A DNA stretch of 64,000 nt from Phaeosaccion multiseriatum (GCA_965112735.1 OZ218962.1:186001-250000); one strand, 5' to 3'; counted from the stretch's first letter, positions 48,422 to 60,049 are shown. Numbers and translations are program-made. Notes: generated by a model from the sequence alone, not told the origin.

Positions 48422-49829
48422 ATGAAGAAGAGGGAACACAGCGGCGGCAGCAGCTGCTGGAGCAGTAGCCTTGAGGGAAAGGGGAGGCAGCCGAAGCAGC
48501 AAAGGGGGGTTGACGGGAGGGACCCACGAAAGCAGAAAGGGAAGGAGGAGGAAGATGAAGAGGCGGAGGAAAGCGACGACGACGAAGATGACGGCCCTCG
48601 CCGGTTGCTGTCGGGCTTCAACACGCTCGAGCAGCTCGTGGCAACCCTGAGGAAGGCGCGTAAGGTGGTGGTGGTGACCGGGGCGGGCATTAGCGTCTCC
48701 TGCGGCATACCCGACTTTCGCTCGCAAAACGGCCTGTACAACACCATCGGGAAGCTGGACCTGGTGAGTACTGGACTTGATTAAAGACAGGACGAGATGT
48801 GTTTCTATTGTAGTGAATCACATAGCGTCTTACCCCGGTCACGCCATGTCCTCTTCCGCCGCGTCTCTCAGGGCCTGGACTCCCCCGAGGACCTGTTCCA
48901 CCTCGACTTCTTCAAGGACAACCCTTTGCCCTTCTACAAGTTCGCCAAGGCGCTCTACCCAGGTGTGTAAGGGTGTGTCGTCGCTGTCCGTCTGCAGTCT
49001 TGGCCTCTCTTGAGACAGTGAGGCCCTGCTCTGCTCTGAACTTATCGTCTCCGGCCTACTCGCTTTAAGCCACCCTCCCTCTACTACTCTCCACGTGCCT
49101 ATCTACTCACCTTGGTGTGTGTGTGTGTGTGCCGCGGTGGGCCGTCGTGTTGCATGCGGCAGGGCTATACACGCCGAGCACAACGCACCGCTTCATTCGC
49201 CGCCTCGAGGACGAGGGAAAGCTGCTCAGGAACTACACGCAGAACATAGACGGGCTCGAGGTCATCGCAGGTGAGAAGGGAGGGAGGGAGGGAGGGAGGG
49301 AGGGAGAGAGGGGAAGGGGCTGGGTCGATGGTGAGAGGGGGGCTGCCGCTACTGGCTGCTACTGGCTTCTCCTACTTCTTGCCCTTCTACTACCTGCTAC
49401 TGCTGTATCACCAACTGCTGGTGCTGCTACCACTGTGCCTGCTCCGCCCTCGTCCCTCTGCAGGCATCAAGAGGCACACCCCGTGTCACGGCAGCTTCAC
49501 GCACGCGCACTGCCTCAAGTGCAAAAGGAGGGTGCATGCTGAGGTGAGCAGGCATATGGGCAGGCATATGGGCAGGCAGGCAGACAGGCAGGCCGACAGG
49601 CAGGCCGACAGGCAGGCAGGCACGTGGGCAGGCAGACAGGACCATGCTGCAGCTCGTGGCTCACCCCCGAAGTGGCAGGCGTCTCTTGGCTTGCCGTCTG
49701 TCGGCCTTCCTGCTGCACACACATGCCGTACCGTAGCCCCTCCTTCCTTCCCCTTCGTACGCATCCCGCCGCGGCCAAACATGCCCTTCCCCCATCTTGC
49801 AGAGCAGAGTGGCTCTCTCTCTCTTTCTT

Positions 49830-49863
<34 letters not shown>

Positions 49864-51092
49864 TTGCGCACACATATACACGCACGCACACACCCACACA
49901 CACGTGTCGGCAGGCCATTCGCGAGGAGGTAATGTCGGGGCGTGTGGCGTATTGCTCTTTTGGGAGAGAGGGGGAGCCCTCCTGCAGGGGGCTCGTCAAG
50001 CCTGCTATCACCTTCTTCGGGGAGAAGATACCCGGGGGGGTGGCACGCAGCCTCGAGGCGGACCGACGCAAAGCGGACCTCCTGCTCGTCGTGGGCACCT
50101 CACTTAAGGTCAGTGGGCACCTCACTGAAGGTCAGGAGGGGACAGGGTCGCGCCTTGTCTGACGCGGGCTGTTGGGGCATTGCTCTGAAGGAAGGGCCTT
50201 TGATCTTTGCAGGCCTTTACATTAATTCAATTACTCTGACTGCAGGCGCATGGTTTTCTCATCCTGGGTCTCTGACGTTTGTGTGTGTGTAGGTTTCTTT
50301 CATGTAGGTGCACCACTCACCCCCTCTGACTGTCTCACTCACTCACCCACTCAGTCACGCACTCACTCACTCTCTCTCTCTGTCACTCACCCACTCAATC
50401 ACTCCCTTACTCGCCCTCCCTCACCCACTGTCACTGACTCACAGGTGGCTCCGGTGTCCCACATCCTGCGATACATGGCTAGGGATGTGCCCCAGGTGCT
50501 CATCAACCGCGAGAGGGTGAGGCCCCAGGCCAGCGTAAGCGAGGGCTTCGATCTCGTGCTGCTCGGGGAGTGCGACGTTGTTGTGCGGTGGTTAGCGCAG
50601 CAGCTTGACTGGGGGGCAGACCAGGAAGGAGAGGGAGGAGGAGGAGGCCGAGGAGGGGGAGGAGAAGCTACTGGGCAGTCGTCATCGCCGCCTGCTGCAG
50701 CAGCAGGTGCAGCGGAACCGCTGGTGAGCATTAGCAGCAAGGGCTCCAATGTGTTTATATTTCGAAGCGGGCAAGATGCAACCGATGGTGCTACAAAGGA
50801 GGAGGAGGAGGAGAAGGAGGAGGAGGAGGAGAAGGAGGACGAGGACGAGGAGGAGGAGGGCGGGCTGGGGCAGGGGGGCGAGCCACGGGAGGTGGTGCAC
50901 TGCGACGGGTGTAATCACGTCATCACGGGGGTCGACGCCGCCATTTGGAGCTGCCGGGAGTGCTTTGACTACGACCTGTGCGCCAAGTGCTACTCACGGG
51001 GCCGCAACACGCACTCCGAGAGTTTCCAGCCAAAGCCGCATAAGTTCCGCCGGACAGACGCCGCGTACCGCCGCAGCAGCGACTGCGGGTGA
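48422..51092 (+). CDS. SIR2: Class I sirtuin (Sir2/SIRT1-like NAD-dependent deacetylase) with a C-terminal ZZ zinc finger
   Basis: [30 protein letters not shown]...[24 protein letters not shown]|VAPV and [10 protein letters not shown]: VHCDGC...[16 protein letters not shown]...H...H. Confidence 0.92.
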
Positions 51093-52179
51093 GGGTGCGG
51101 AGGTAAAGGGATTTGAGGAGGTGAGGAGGTGAGGGTCAAGGCCGCCTGCAGCGCTGCAGCGTGTGAGGTAGAGAGGACAGGCGGTGGAAAGCCCAGGCCT
51201 CCCCTCACGCCCCTGCCCATAGAATTGGACCTCCCCTCGAGATGATGTGAGCATCGGACTTATGTTGTCACTACGCTGGGATCCTGCGGCCTTCCCGAGG
51301 GGGTGCGCAGTGGGCCGGTCCTGACACTTGGTACAGCCTCAATTACAGGCTCAGCGGGTACGCGTACGAGGGGTTGGGATGGCTTGCCCCGCGAAGAGAC
51401 AAGAGGGCCGGGAAGGAGGGGAGGCACCACTCAGATAATGAAGTGCAGGGGCACTCAGACAGGTCGGCATCAGGCAGACAGTCAGGCATCAGACAGTCAG
51501 CCAGGCATCAGGGGGCAGTGCGTCAGGCACCAGACCGTCAGCCAGCCATCAGGCAGTGAGTGGCCTGCAGCAGCAGCTCCGTGCCTTCGAATGGGCTGTC
51601 TCTGCGGCATGCCTATATGCCCCTGCCCGCCGAGGGGAGCGAAATCCTCATTCCACGCGTCTTTGTGATGCGATGTGTAGAGCCACCGATGACTACTGCT
51701 GACTGTCCCAAGAAAGGGAAGGGAACCATGCAGGACCATCAGGGGAATGAGAATGAGTGCACTTCCAAAATTTGGCAAGAGGGAGGGAGGCTCATCGGAT
51801 CATTAGCAGCATGTATAGAAAGCCTCTCGCAGCAGTATGTATGGAAAGCAAGGGCACTTAAAGAAAGCTTCGGAGCCTTACATGCGAAGTTTGAGTTTAT
51901 TAGATATCGATCACTCGCTAATTGGTTTACGTGCCGTAGCTAATCTGCTCTGGTCTAAAAGAGGAAGGAGCTCCGAAACGCCATGTGGAAGCGTGCCGGC
52001 CATCGAACTTATATTGATATTTGCCCGAAAATTGTTAAAAGTGCCACCACGTATGCACCGACCACCGACTTACTCAAAAGGCAACAGCAGCAGCAGCAGG
52101 CCAGGCATTAGTCACACTTTACAACAGGAGCAGCAGACAATACCACTTTACACTTTTATATCAGCAACAGCGGAGCAGG

Positions 52180-52800
52180 ATGAAGATGGCTTGTATTTTT
52201 GTTTGCTTGGCGGTGGTGATGAGCGCAGCGTCTGCGTTCATGGTAGCTCCGGCCGCGAGGGCCATTCCCTCCTCATCAGCGCGAAGTGCCTCTGCCTGTG
52301 GAGTGATGCCTACCAGTGGACAGCTTCGATCAGGAGGGTACGTAAGGCGAGGGAGTGCACTAATCCCACGTCAAGAGAGAGGATAGAATGGCCTTCGAGG
52401 CGGAGGGAGGTGCAGTGTTGATGGAATGGTGGACAAGATGGAAGATGGAATGTTGGACACGTCAATCGCCTAAAAAAAAGTACATGGACTGACCAAACAC
52501 TCTCTCCTCCACTGCCTCGGTTGACAAAACTCTCCTCTATTACCTGCCCCCCTCCTCAGGCTCCGAGACATGCACATGGGTGGCAAGAAGTCCAAGTTCG
52601 GCATTTTCTCCCCCGCAGTCATCGCGGCCAAGGTGGTGTTGGGAGAATCTCGCCTCAACAAAATTAGGGGCAAGGGTATTACGCTGCACAGTCAGGCCAT
52701 CACGCAGTACTGCACCTTTATCGGAGCCAGCCAAAAGGCACGCGGTCTTCTCATCCGAAAGGCAAAGGTCAACGGCGACACCCTGGGCTTTCTTTGGTAG
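52180..52800 (+). CDS. PGR5: Proton gradient regulation 5, plastid-targeted (2 exons, intron 52338-52559)
   Basis: Presequence ...MSAASA-FMV. Core GIFSPAVIAAKVVLGESRLNKIRGKGITLHSQAITQYC...LIRKAKVNGDTLGFL matches PGR5. Confidence 0.93.
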
Positions 52801-53127
52801 TGCTCGTAGAGGAGGTGGTGGTCGGATTGGTGTTGGGATGACGTAAAGGCGCGTGACTGTTGTTTAAGCCTCTGATGTACGTGCTCGTACATGATACTGT
52901 AGTGGTCTCTTGAAGATCAACCTTGTAAATACCCAATTTATTATCTTCGCAACAATTTTCGGGCAACATCTGCGAGGCGAGATGGAATTGCCTACTCCGC
53001 ACTCCGCCCTCTATCTATCTATCCCCCCCTCTTTCTCCTTCGGTGGTCGTTTCACTTGTGTGTCGGTAGAAGGAGCGCTTCGTCCCATAACCGCCCTCCG
53101 TGGCTCCCTGCCTCGCTCCCTCCCTGC

Positions 53128-54262
53128 TCAGATCTTCATGATGTCCACCTCCTTCTCCTTGATGACCTTGTCAATGTCCTTGGTGTACTTGTCCGTCAGC
53201 TTCTGGAGTGTGTCCTGCACGTCGAGGCTCTGGTCCTCCCCCAGCTCCTTGGCCTTTGCCGCCTTCTTGACCGAGTCCACAAAGTCTCTCCGGATGTTGC
53301 GGATTGCCACCTTGCCGTCCTCACCGAAGGCCTTGGCTTCCTTCACCAGCTCCTTCCTGCGGTCCTCCGTGATGGCGGGAAGGTTGAGCCGGATCACGCT
53401 GCCGTCGTTTTGGGGGCTGAGGCCCAAGCCCGCCATCTGAAGGGCCTGGTCGATGGCCTCCAGAGTAGTCTTGTCGTACGGATCCACCACCAGCTGAGTG
53501 GCCTGGGAAGTCTTGATGGCCGCTACCTGGTTGAGGGGCGTGTCTGCTCCGTAGTAGTCCACCATGACTCGGTCGAGAATGGCGGGGTTGGCCCTGCCGG
53601 TGCGCACCGAGTTGAGCTTCTCCTGCATGGACTCAACACTCTTGCCCATCTTCTCCTCGGCATCCTTGGCCAAAGACTTTGTGTCATAATTGCCGTCCGC
53701 ATCAACGCCCCCGCCTCCCTTTCCCTTGCCACCCCCGCCTCCCTTCTTCCCCTTGCCCATCTGGAGCACCACCCCTCCCCTCTGCCGGCGTGCTTGCTGA
53801 TGCTGCTTCCATGCTGACACGGAAGGCCCTGCGGCTCTGCTACACGCGCTCACACCGCTATTGCTGCTGCTACTCCTTCTGCATTCTGCTGCTGCGCTTC
53901 CCTGCTGCGGATCCCATGCAAAGGGGGAGAGAGAGCGAGGGCAGGAGAGGGCCGGGGGTGGGGGGAGTTCACGGGATTTAGAAAGAGAAGACGGAGGGCA
54001 AGACCAGGAGGATATCACACGGCATACACAGGCCAGATGCAACCTAAGCACTGAAGCCCAGCGAGGCCAGCACAACCTAAAAATCTGCCACAGAGTAGTT
54101 GAGCTACCAAATGCGCAACTTCAGTGAGCATGTTCTTCCATGTATACCTTCCATCACCCTCTCACTTACCACACTTCCCGACACACAGGACGGCACAAAC
54201 GCGCTCCCCTGTTGCACCAGGTTCGCGGCCAAGAGAACTACTCCACAGCACGCTGTCTTCAT
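53128..54262 (-). CDS. frr: Ribosome recycling factor, plastid-targeted (2 exons)
   Basis: Exon 1 MKTACCGVVLLAANLVQQGSA-FVPS, GT donor at 54169. Core VRTGRANPAILDRVMVDYYG, PQNDGSVIRLNLP, TEDRRKELVK, KVAIRNIRRD and QKLTDKY. Confidence 0.93.
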
Positions 54263-54364
54263 CGTTTTCCCTGCCTCGCTCTCTCACGAGGGAAGGAAAG
54301 GGGCTAATGAGCTGAAAGTTCTCACGTCAGGGCTGCCCTTTTCCCTTTTTGGGCACCCTTGATC

Positions 54365-54444
54365 CCGTCTGATACACTATCCGCTATCGGCCGCGGCCGA
54401 TAGCGCGCTATGGAGAATGTGGGCGATAGTGTATCAGGGGTTGA
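54365..54444. mobile_element. Tiny MITE-like element: 13-bp perfect inverted repeats around a 24-bp perfect palindrome
   Basis: CTGATACACTATC (54369-54381) / GATAGTGTATCAG (54425-54437), with CGCTATCGGCCGCGGCCGATAGCG (54382-54405) inside. The right arm has a diverged inverted copy at 15815-15856. Confidence 0.5.
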
Positions 54445-54694
54445 ACTTGACTATCTCACGAAGGTTATCTCACGAAGGTTGTTATTTTTTAAGAAGTACA
54501 TTCGTAAATAAACAAAAATAGAGCAGTGCCTCAGCCGTCAGCCCGTCCAACAGGCCAACGAAGATATATATACACGGAGCGCTTTCTCTTTCTCTCACTC
54601 TCTGTCTCTGCCCTCTCTCGCGCGCGCTCTCCCTCACTGTCTCTCTTGGTAGTCAAGCCAGCCCGAGTGCCCAAGGGCCCACAGACACAGGTCA

Positions 54695-54730
<36 letters not shown>

Positions 54731-54756
54731 TACACACACGAGGCATTGCTCTCTTC

Positions 54757-56115
54757 TCACGCCCTCAAGGCCGGCCCCTCCCCCTCGAGACCGTTGATGA
54801 GCAGCAAGAGGACCATGGAAAGACACGCACACGTCACGAGCGTCGGGGCCGGCCGCAGTCGGCGCAGCGGGTGGTCCTCCAGCAAAGTGGATGCGGACAC
54901 AGCTGGCTTGGGGGCCCGAGAGTTGGCGTATACGTAGGTGAGAATACCCGTCAGACACAGCAGCACGCCCACCACCTTTTGCGGCGTGACCTCAAAGTGG
55001 AAGATCATGCCCACCATGACTACCGTGATGACTCGGCTCAGGAACTTGACCACTCCGTGCGACACGGCGTCGAGGCGCTTGAGTACGAAGAAAGAGAAGG
55101 AGCTGTAGCACACGTGCATGACGCTGGCGATGAGGTTGGCGCGGTCGAAGAAGGCAGCCAATGACGCACGCGAGTACAGCATGGGCATGAAGGAAAAGGC
55201 CGCCCCGTAGAGGCAGAGAGTGTGGTACGCCACGCCCTCGCCGTGCATCACCCCTACGGCCTTGGACAGTACGGTGCGTGAGGCCATGAGCACGTTGCTG
55301 CAGAGGCAGAGGCACACTCCGAGCAGCGCCGTGGCCGAAGTGTCGGTGCCCTGCGACACCCCCCCGCCGGAGCCAGAGGAGGCGGTGGCAGTGGCCGTGA
55401 GCATCCCTATACACATGACCAAGATGCCGGCCTTCTCCCCCGTGGAGAGGGCGTGCCTTGTCCTCATGAAGACGGAAATCATGGCCACAAACACTGGCTC
55501 TGCGGCGCGCACCGTGTGGGTCAGGGCCGGCGCCACAAAGTCGGTTGACCACATGGTCAGGCAGTGGCCGCTTGCGTTCATCAGTGCCGCCGCGAGGATG
55601 ATGGCCCTCCTGTTGCTCGAGCCCTCCTCTCTCTTGCCGCCGCCGCCCGCTGCCCCTGCCCCGTCCCGCAGCCTCGCGTTCAGCCACGTTAGGCCTTGCC
55701 AACCGAGCCCCACCAGCGCGCCCGTGACCATCTGAGAGAAGACCAGGCTGGCCGCGGGCAGGCCGTTGTTGAGGGGCACCTTGTTGTAGACCTGTGTCAC
55801 CGCGCTGGACAACCACCATGTCAGCGTCGCCGCCACCAGCACGAGGCCGCTCCCAACAGGGGGCCGGGGGAGGGGCGCTCCTTCGCCGTGGCTTGCTGGC
55901 TGGTAGTGAGACCCCCCAACGGCGTCCGAGCTTTTACCCACTCCCCCCGAATACGGCGCGTGGCCTGCCCCTGCCCCCTCCTCCAACTCCTTTATCCCAC
56001 CTCCTTGACTCATTCGGCGGTGGTTGAGGAGACCCTCCCCTTCGCCTCCCCTGCTCTCGTCCTGCGGCAGCCCCTGCTCCACCAGCTCTACCTCTACACC
56101 CCCTTCGCCTGCCAT
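54757..56115 (-). CDS. TPT/SLC35E-family (DMT superfamily) phosphometabolite or nucleotide-sugar transporter with no plastid presequence
   Basis: Intronless 452-aa ORF with ~10 hydrophobic segments. Motifs VYNK, THTVRAAEPVF, SNVLMASRTVLSK, YSSFSFFVL and SHGV...SRVITV. Confidence 0.85.
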   Translation of the reverse strand: MAGEGGVEVELVEQGLPQDESRGGEGEGLLNHRRMSQGGGIKELEEGAGAGHAPYSGGVGKSSDAVGGSHYQPASHGEGAPLPRPPVGSGLVLVAATLTWWLSSAVTQVYNKVPLNNGLPAASLVFSQMVTGALVGLGWQGLTWLNARLRDGAGAAGGGGKREEGSSNRRAIILAAALMNASGHCLTMWSTDFVAPALTHTVRAAEPVFVAMISVFMRTRHALSTGEKAGILVMCIGMLTATATASSGSGGGVSQGTDTSATALLGVCLCLCSNVLMASRTVLSKAVGVMHGEGVAYHTLCLYGAAFSFMPMLYSRASLAAFFDRANLIASVMHVCYSSFSFFVLKRLDAVSHGVVKFLSRVITVVMVGMIFHFEVTPQKVVGVLLCLTGILTYVYANSRAPKPAVSASTLLEDHPLRRLRPAPTLVTCACLSMVLLLLINGLEGEGPALRA

Positions 56116-56770
56116 TCTCTCCAGCTGTTCTCCCGCGAGGGCTCGCTCAACGGCTGTTTCCTCTTACTGACGAGAGGTGCTGTAGAATACGAGCAACGGC
56201 CACATAAATGGAGGGCCCACCGCCTCGAGACAGCGCAGCAGCTTGGGGGGTCTCACGCACCCTTAGTGGTCTGGTTTCTCTTCTCCAGCGAGCTGCACAG
56301 CCTCAAGAGCAGAAACTATGCCAATTTCTCAGGTCTCTTAAGACAAAAAACGTACGGCGCTATTGTTCGGTGCGTGTCAGCTCGTATCTACGGCCCGGTG
56401 CAACTCACAGTCGCTTCCAGCACTCCCTGACGCTACTGACTACACTTTCTCTCCCCAAGCTCCTTCTTTCTCTCCTTATTGCAGGAAAATAGGGAGGGGA
56501 AAGGAAGGGAAGGAAAGTTTTGGCTCATATACCTCCAAATCTCTCTCTTTCTGCTACTTTTTTCTCTTTGGCGCCAACCGGGCAGCCTGATTACTGATTC
56601 TGACCGGCGCACACTGTAACCTTGTCCAGCCCCGACTATCTGCGTACCATACGTTGTAGTTTTGTCATTTATGTACAAAAAAAACCTCCCTCTCTATCCG
56701 GCAAAATTGGGCCGCAGGCACCTCCACCCACCCTGACACCATACAACCAGCCAATCAACCAATCCATCTA

Positions 56771-59668
56771 TCACATAATCATGGAGCAGAAGACACAAAA
56801 GTCGTTCAGGGTGTGGTAGCGCGCGGTGTGCGGCTCGCTCTTCTCTCCGCTGCTTACGGCCCCTCTCTCCTTGTCGGTCAACCGCACTCCAAGCACGCTG
56901 CTCGAGGCCAGGCCAGCGCGGAACTCCTCCTGCGTCTGCTTGGGTCCAGTAGGCACATCGAGGAGGCCCACTACCTGGTTGGACACCCAAGGACACCCCG
57001 CACCTCCTCCCCCTCCCCCTCCTTCCCGGAGATCAGGAGCGGCCGTTGTTTCGCACTTCATCTCCCCAAGTGCGCGCGAGAGCCCTTCCCTCCCATCCTT
57101 CTCCAGCTGCAAGGAGGCCGCAACCGACGCAAACTTCTTCTCTTCCGAGGCCCTGAACAGCAGCAACTCGCCCTTCCCCTCGGCCTCAGTCGTCACAACA
57201 AGGGAGCCGTAGCCTCCAAGGTAGGCCGAGAGAAGCACTCCCTCACCCACGAAGGTGCCTCCAATCGAGCTCAATGCCCACAGGGGGAGCAGCTCCAAAG
57301 CCACTGTGCGGCCCAAGTCCGCGTCTACATGGACCACAGAGGAGACACTGCCTCTCAGGCCCTTGTGCCAGTCCTTGGCGGGGCGGGTGGGGTGGTGGCG
57401 AACGAGCTCAACGTCGTAACCGCACTCCCAAAAGATGTGCATGGCCGACTCAGGCAGGGAGGTGGAGTGCACAAGCACCGTGGCCTCGGGGTGGTGATAT
57501 AGAATGCTCTCCACGCTGCGCCGGCTCAGGGGGTCCATCTCCGGACCCTGTCCTTCGCTCATGACATGGAAGAACTCCCCGTAGCCAGAGCGGGGCTGCC
57601 CTGAGTTGCGCTCCACGAAAGGCACAATGCCGAGCTTGAGTCCAGCGCTTCTGACGCTCTCTTGCATCCTAATTCGGGCCCAAAACGAAGCGCGAAACCT
57701 ATCCCGCAAAAAGTTCTGTGGGTTGGGCGGCGGCGTGTTGCCGTTGAGGCCCCAGATGGGGTCGTCGTGCCCTTGGTAAGGGGCGCGCGTCTCGTCCATC
57801 CAGTTCCAGGTCCCGTCCTCGGCCTTCCTCAGTGTGTGGAACAGCGGCAGCAAACCGGACAGTCGCCCCGGGGCGTTGATGTTGCCCGGGTCGACAAACA
57901 TGATGGGTGTACCCATCGCCACGCAGGGTAGCGCCACGTGTATTCGCGTGGTGATGACGAGGCGGGCCCTCCCGCGCTCCTGCAGCAGTTGGTGCACCAT
58001 ATGCCATTGATCGTGCGGTGTGAACCGAGGCATGTTTGGCAGCCACTGCTTCATGTACTCGGCCGTGTCCATAATCTCCTTGGGTAACAGCTCTTCCTGC
58101 TCGGCCTTGCTCATCATCTTGAGCAAATCGACGTTGTATACATTGTTGGTCCTCTCCGCGCCGCGGGGTAGCGCGCGCCTGAAAGTGAGTGTCATACACG
58201 CGCTCATGTAGGCCTGCACCCCCAGCCCTTCGAGGAAGTCACGCGTGTCCGTATCTCTGGCTCCTACGGGCCCATACCCCTTGTTGTACTGCTTCAAGTA
58301 CGACACCATGTCTGCCTTGGCGAAGGTCGAGTCTGCGGCGCCGTGGCTGTGCATGGCCAGGAGAAGCGGGTGGGTGAAGCGCGGGCTGGGGGGGAACTCC
58401 TGCTCGGTGCTTGCCCACCATGCGTTCATGAACATGGTCACGTTGGTGAGATCCTCTCGCCCGGCGATGGGCGATCTCCCGACGTGGTCTCTGAAGATAA
58501 AGTCGTCAACGTACCTGCACAGCGAGAAGCAAGGAGATGTTGCTCAATCAATCAATGGACATGTATTTGTGCGTGATCATCGGAGGAGGAGGAGACAGGG
58601 GGTTGGTTGTTCCCTCTCGGACTATACAAGAGAGAGGGGAGAGGCGGCTATTAGCTCAAGACAAACCAAACACAGAGAGACAGATGTACCAAGATGGCAG
58701 CAAGCGTCACGCGACTTGCTTGACTTACGGGAGGAACTGGGTGGATGCCATCGACTGCGTAGGATCTCCCAGGTTGGTCAAAGGCATGTAATCCATCACG
58801 CAAAACTGCTCTCCTCCCACCCCCCCGGTGGCCGGCTTGGGGGCGGAGAACGACCCGGAGATTTGGGCCTCCACGTTGCCCACTTTGTTGCCGGGGGAAG
58901 ACGCCCCCCACTTCTTTGCCACGGCGCGCAGATCAACCTCCAAGAGCTTCTTCCCGAGTTTCTCAGTATCCTTCTGGAAGAAGAAGAAGGCGTCCGAAAA
59001 CGCGTGCATCAGCCCGGCCAGCGCTTCGCTATCCTTCTTAAGGCACACAGTGTCAAGGGGCTTGCGAACGCCGCGTCGTCCAGAGACGCCCAGTCCGCCC
59101 CGCCCAGCGCAAGCCCAACATCAATCCGCTTGGTAGGAACGAGCGAAGGATCCACCGCCACCCCGCCGAAGCGCAGCAGCAAGCACATTACTACGGCATG
59201 CTGAATGTGTTCCTCAAACGCCGGCCCCGTGCGAAGCTTGTGCAAGAGGTTGTTGTGCATCCACGATTCGAGGGGGGTGTCCTCTGCCACTTCATGCACA
59301 CGGAGAGGAGCCACGGTCACCCCGGAGATACTCCCGGCACGCTCTTCGCAGCCAATGGTCCCACAGAACACGATAATGGGCGATGCCCGATTCAGCCTCA
59401 CCAGTGCCTCTACGTTGCTCGCCTCCCTCTCTCCGAAGCCACGCTCCTGCGAGCTCACCACCACTATCTTGTCAGGGGAGCTCAGGATCCCGCTTATGTG
59501 ATCACGCTGAAGCACTGGAGGCGGTGGTGCTCCAGGGTACGCCGCAACCGTCAACCGCCCTGTATCAACGCCAATATCCTCCGAGCTGCTGCCCGTGCGT
59601 GTAGCAAAGTAAAACGCGAGCATCAGCATGCAACCCACCACGCCTCTCATCACGTATATGGGTCTCAT
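56771..59668 (-). CDS. Type II membrane polysaccharide pyruvyltransferase-family protein flanked by two degenerate GT32-like modules; apparent 2-nt frameshift at ~59044-59049
   Basis: Signal anchor GVVGCMLMLAFYF. Motifs NLGDPTQSMA, MFMNAWW, PVGARDTDT, SACMTLT and ARLVITTRIHVALPCVAMGTP. Intron ~58515-58728. GT32-like EDTPL...LLRFGGVAVD and RRSVESILYHHP...IGGTFV. Confidence 0.8.
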
Positions 59669-60049
59669 GATGTAAGCCAGCTGCAGCAGCAGCAGCAGCA
59701 GCACGCACGCAAACACCTTCCCTGGGTTCTCTCACAACCTTGTATTTAGAGGTACTAGATATATACGCCATTTGTGGAGCCGTCTCTACCCCTTCCGAAA
59801 TAGCTACTAATAAAATAAAGGGTGTAAAAATGCCAAAATACAAAAATATATGTAGCATATAGGAAAGCGAGGGTGATAGCACTGGCTGGGCGGCACCACG
59901 CACGCGCCCACGGTCACTGGGAGGTTGCCTAGAGGCGGGCTAGAGGCCGCCTACATTGTAGGCCTGAAAAGTGAGCGGCCTAGAGCAAAACCGCTAAGCT
60001 TCTTTTTTTTTTTTAAATAATCAGTTCTCTGTAGTCCGTATGTCTAATA

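Noticed and set aside
51300-52100. Intergenic ORFs of 120-190 aa
   Set aside because: No homology cues; they overlap the likely UTR/promoter region.
52180-56115. PGR5 + RRF + TPT as a plastid gene cluster
   Set aside because: The TPT lacks a plastid presequence, and adjacency of two plastid-targeted genes is unremarkable.
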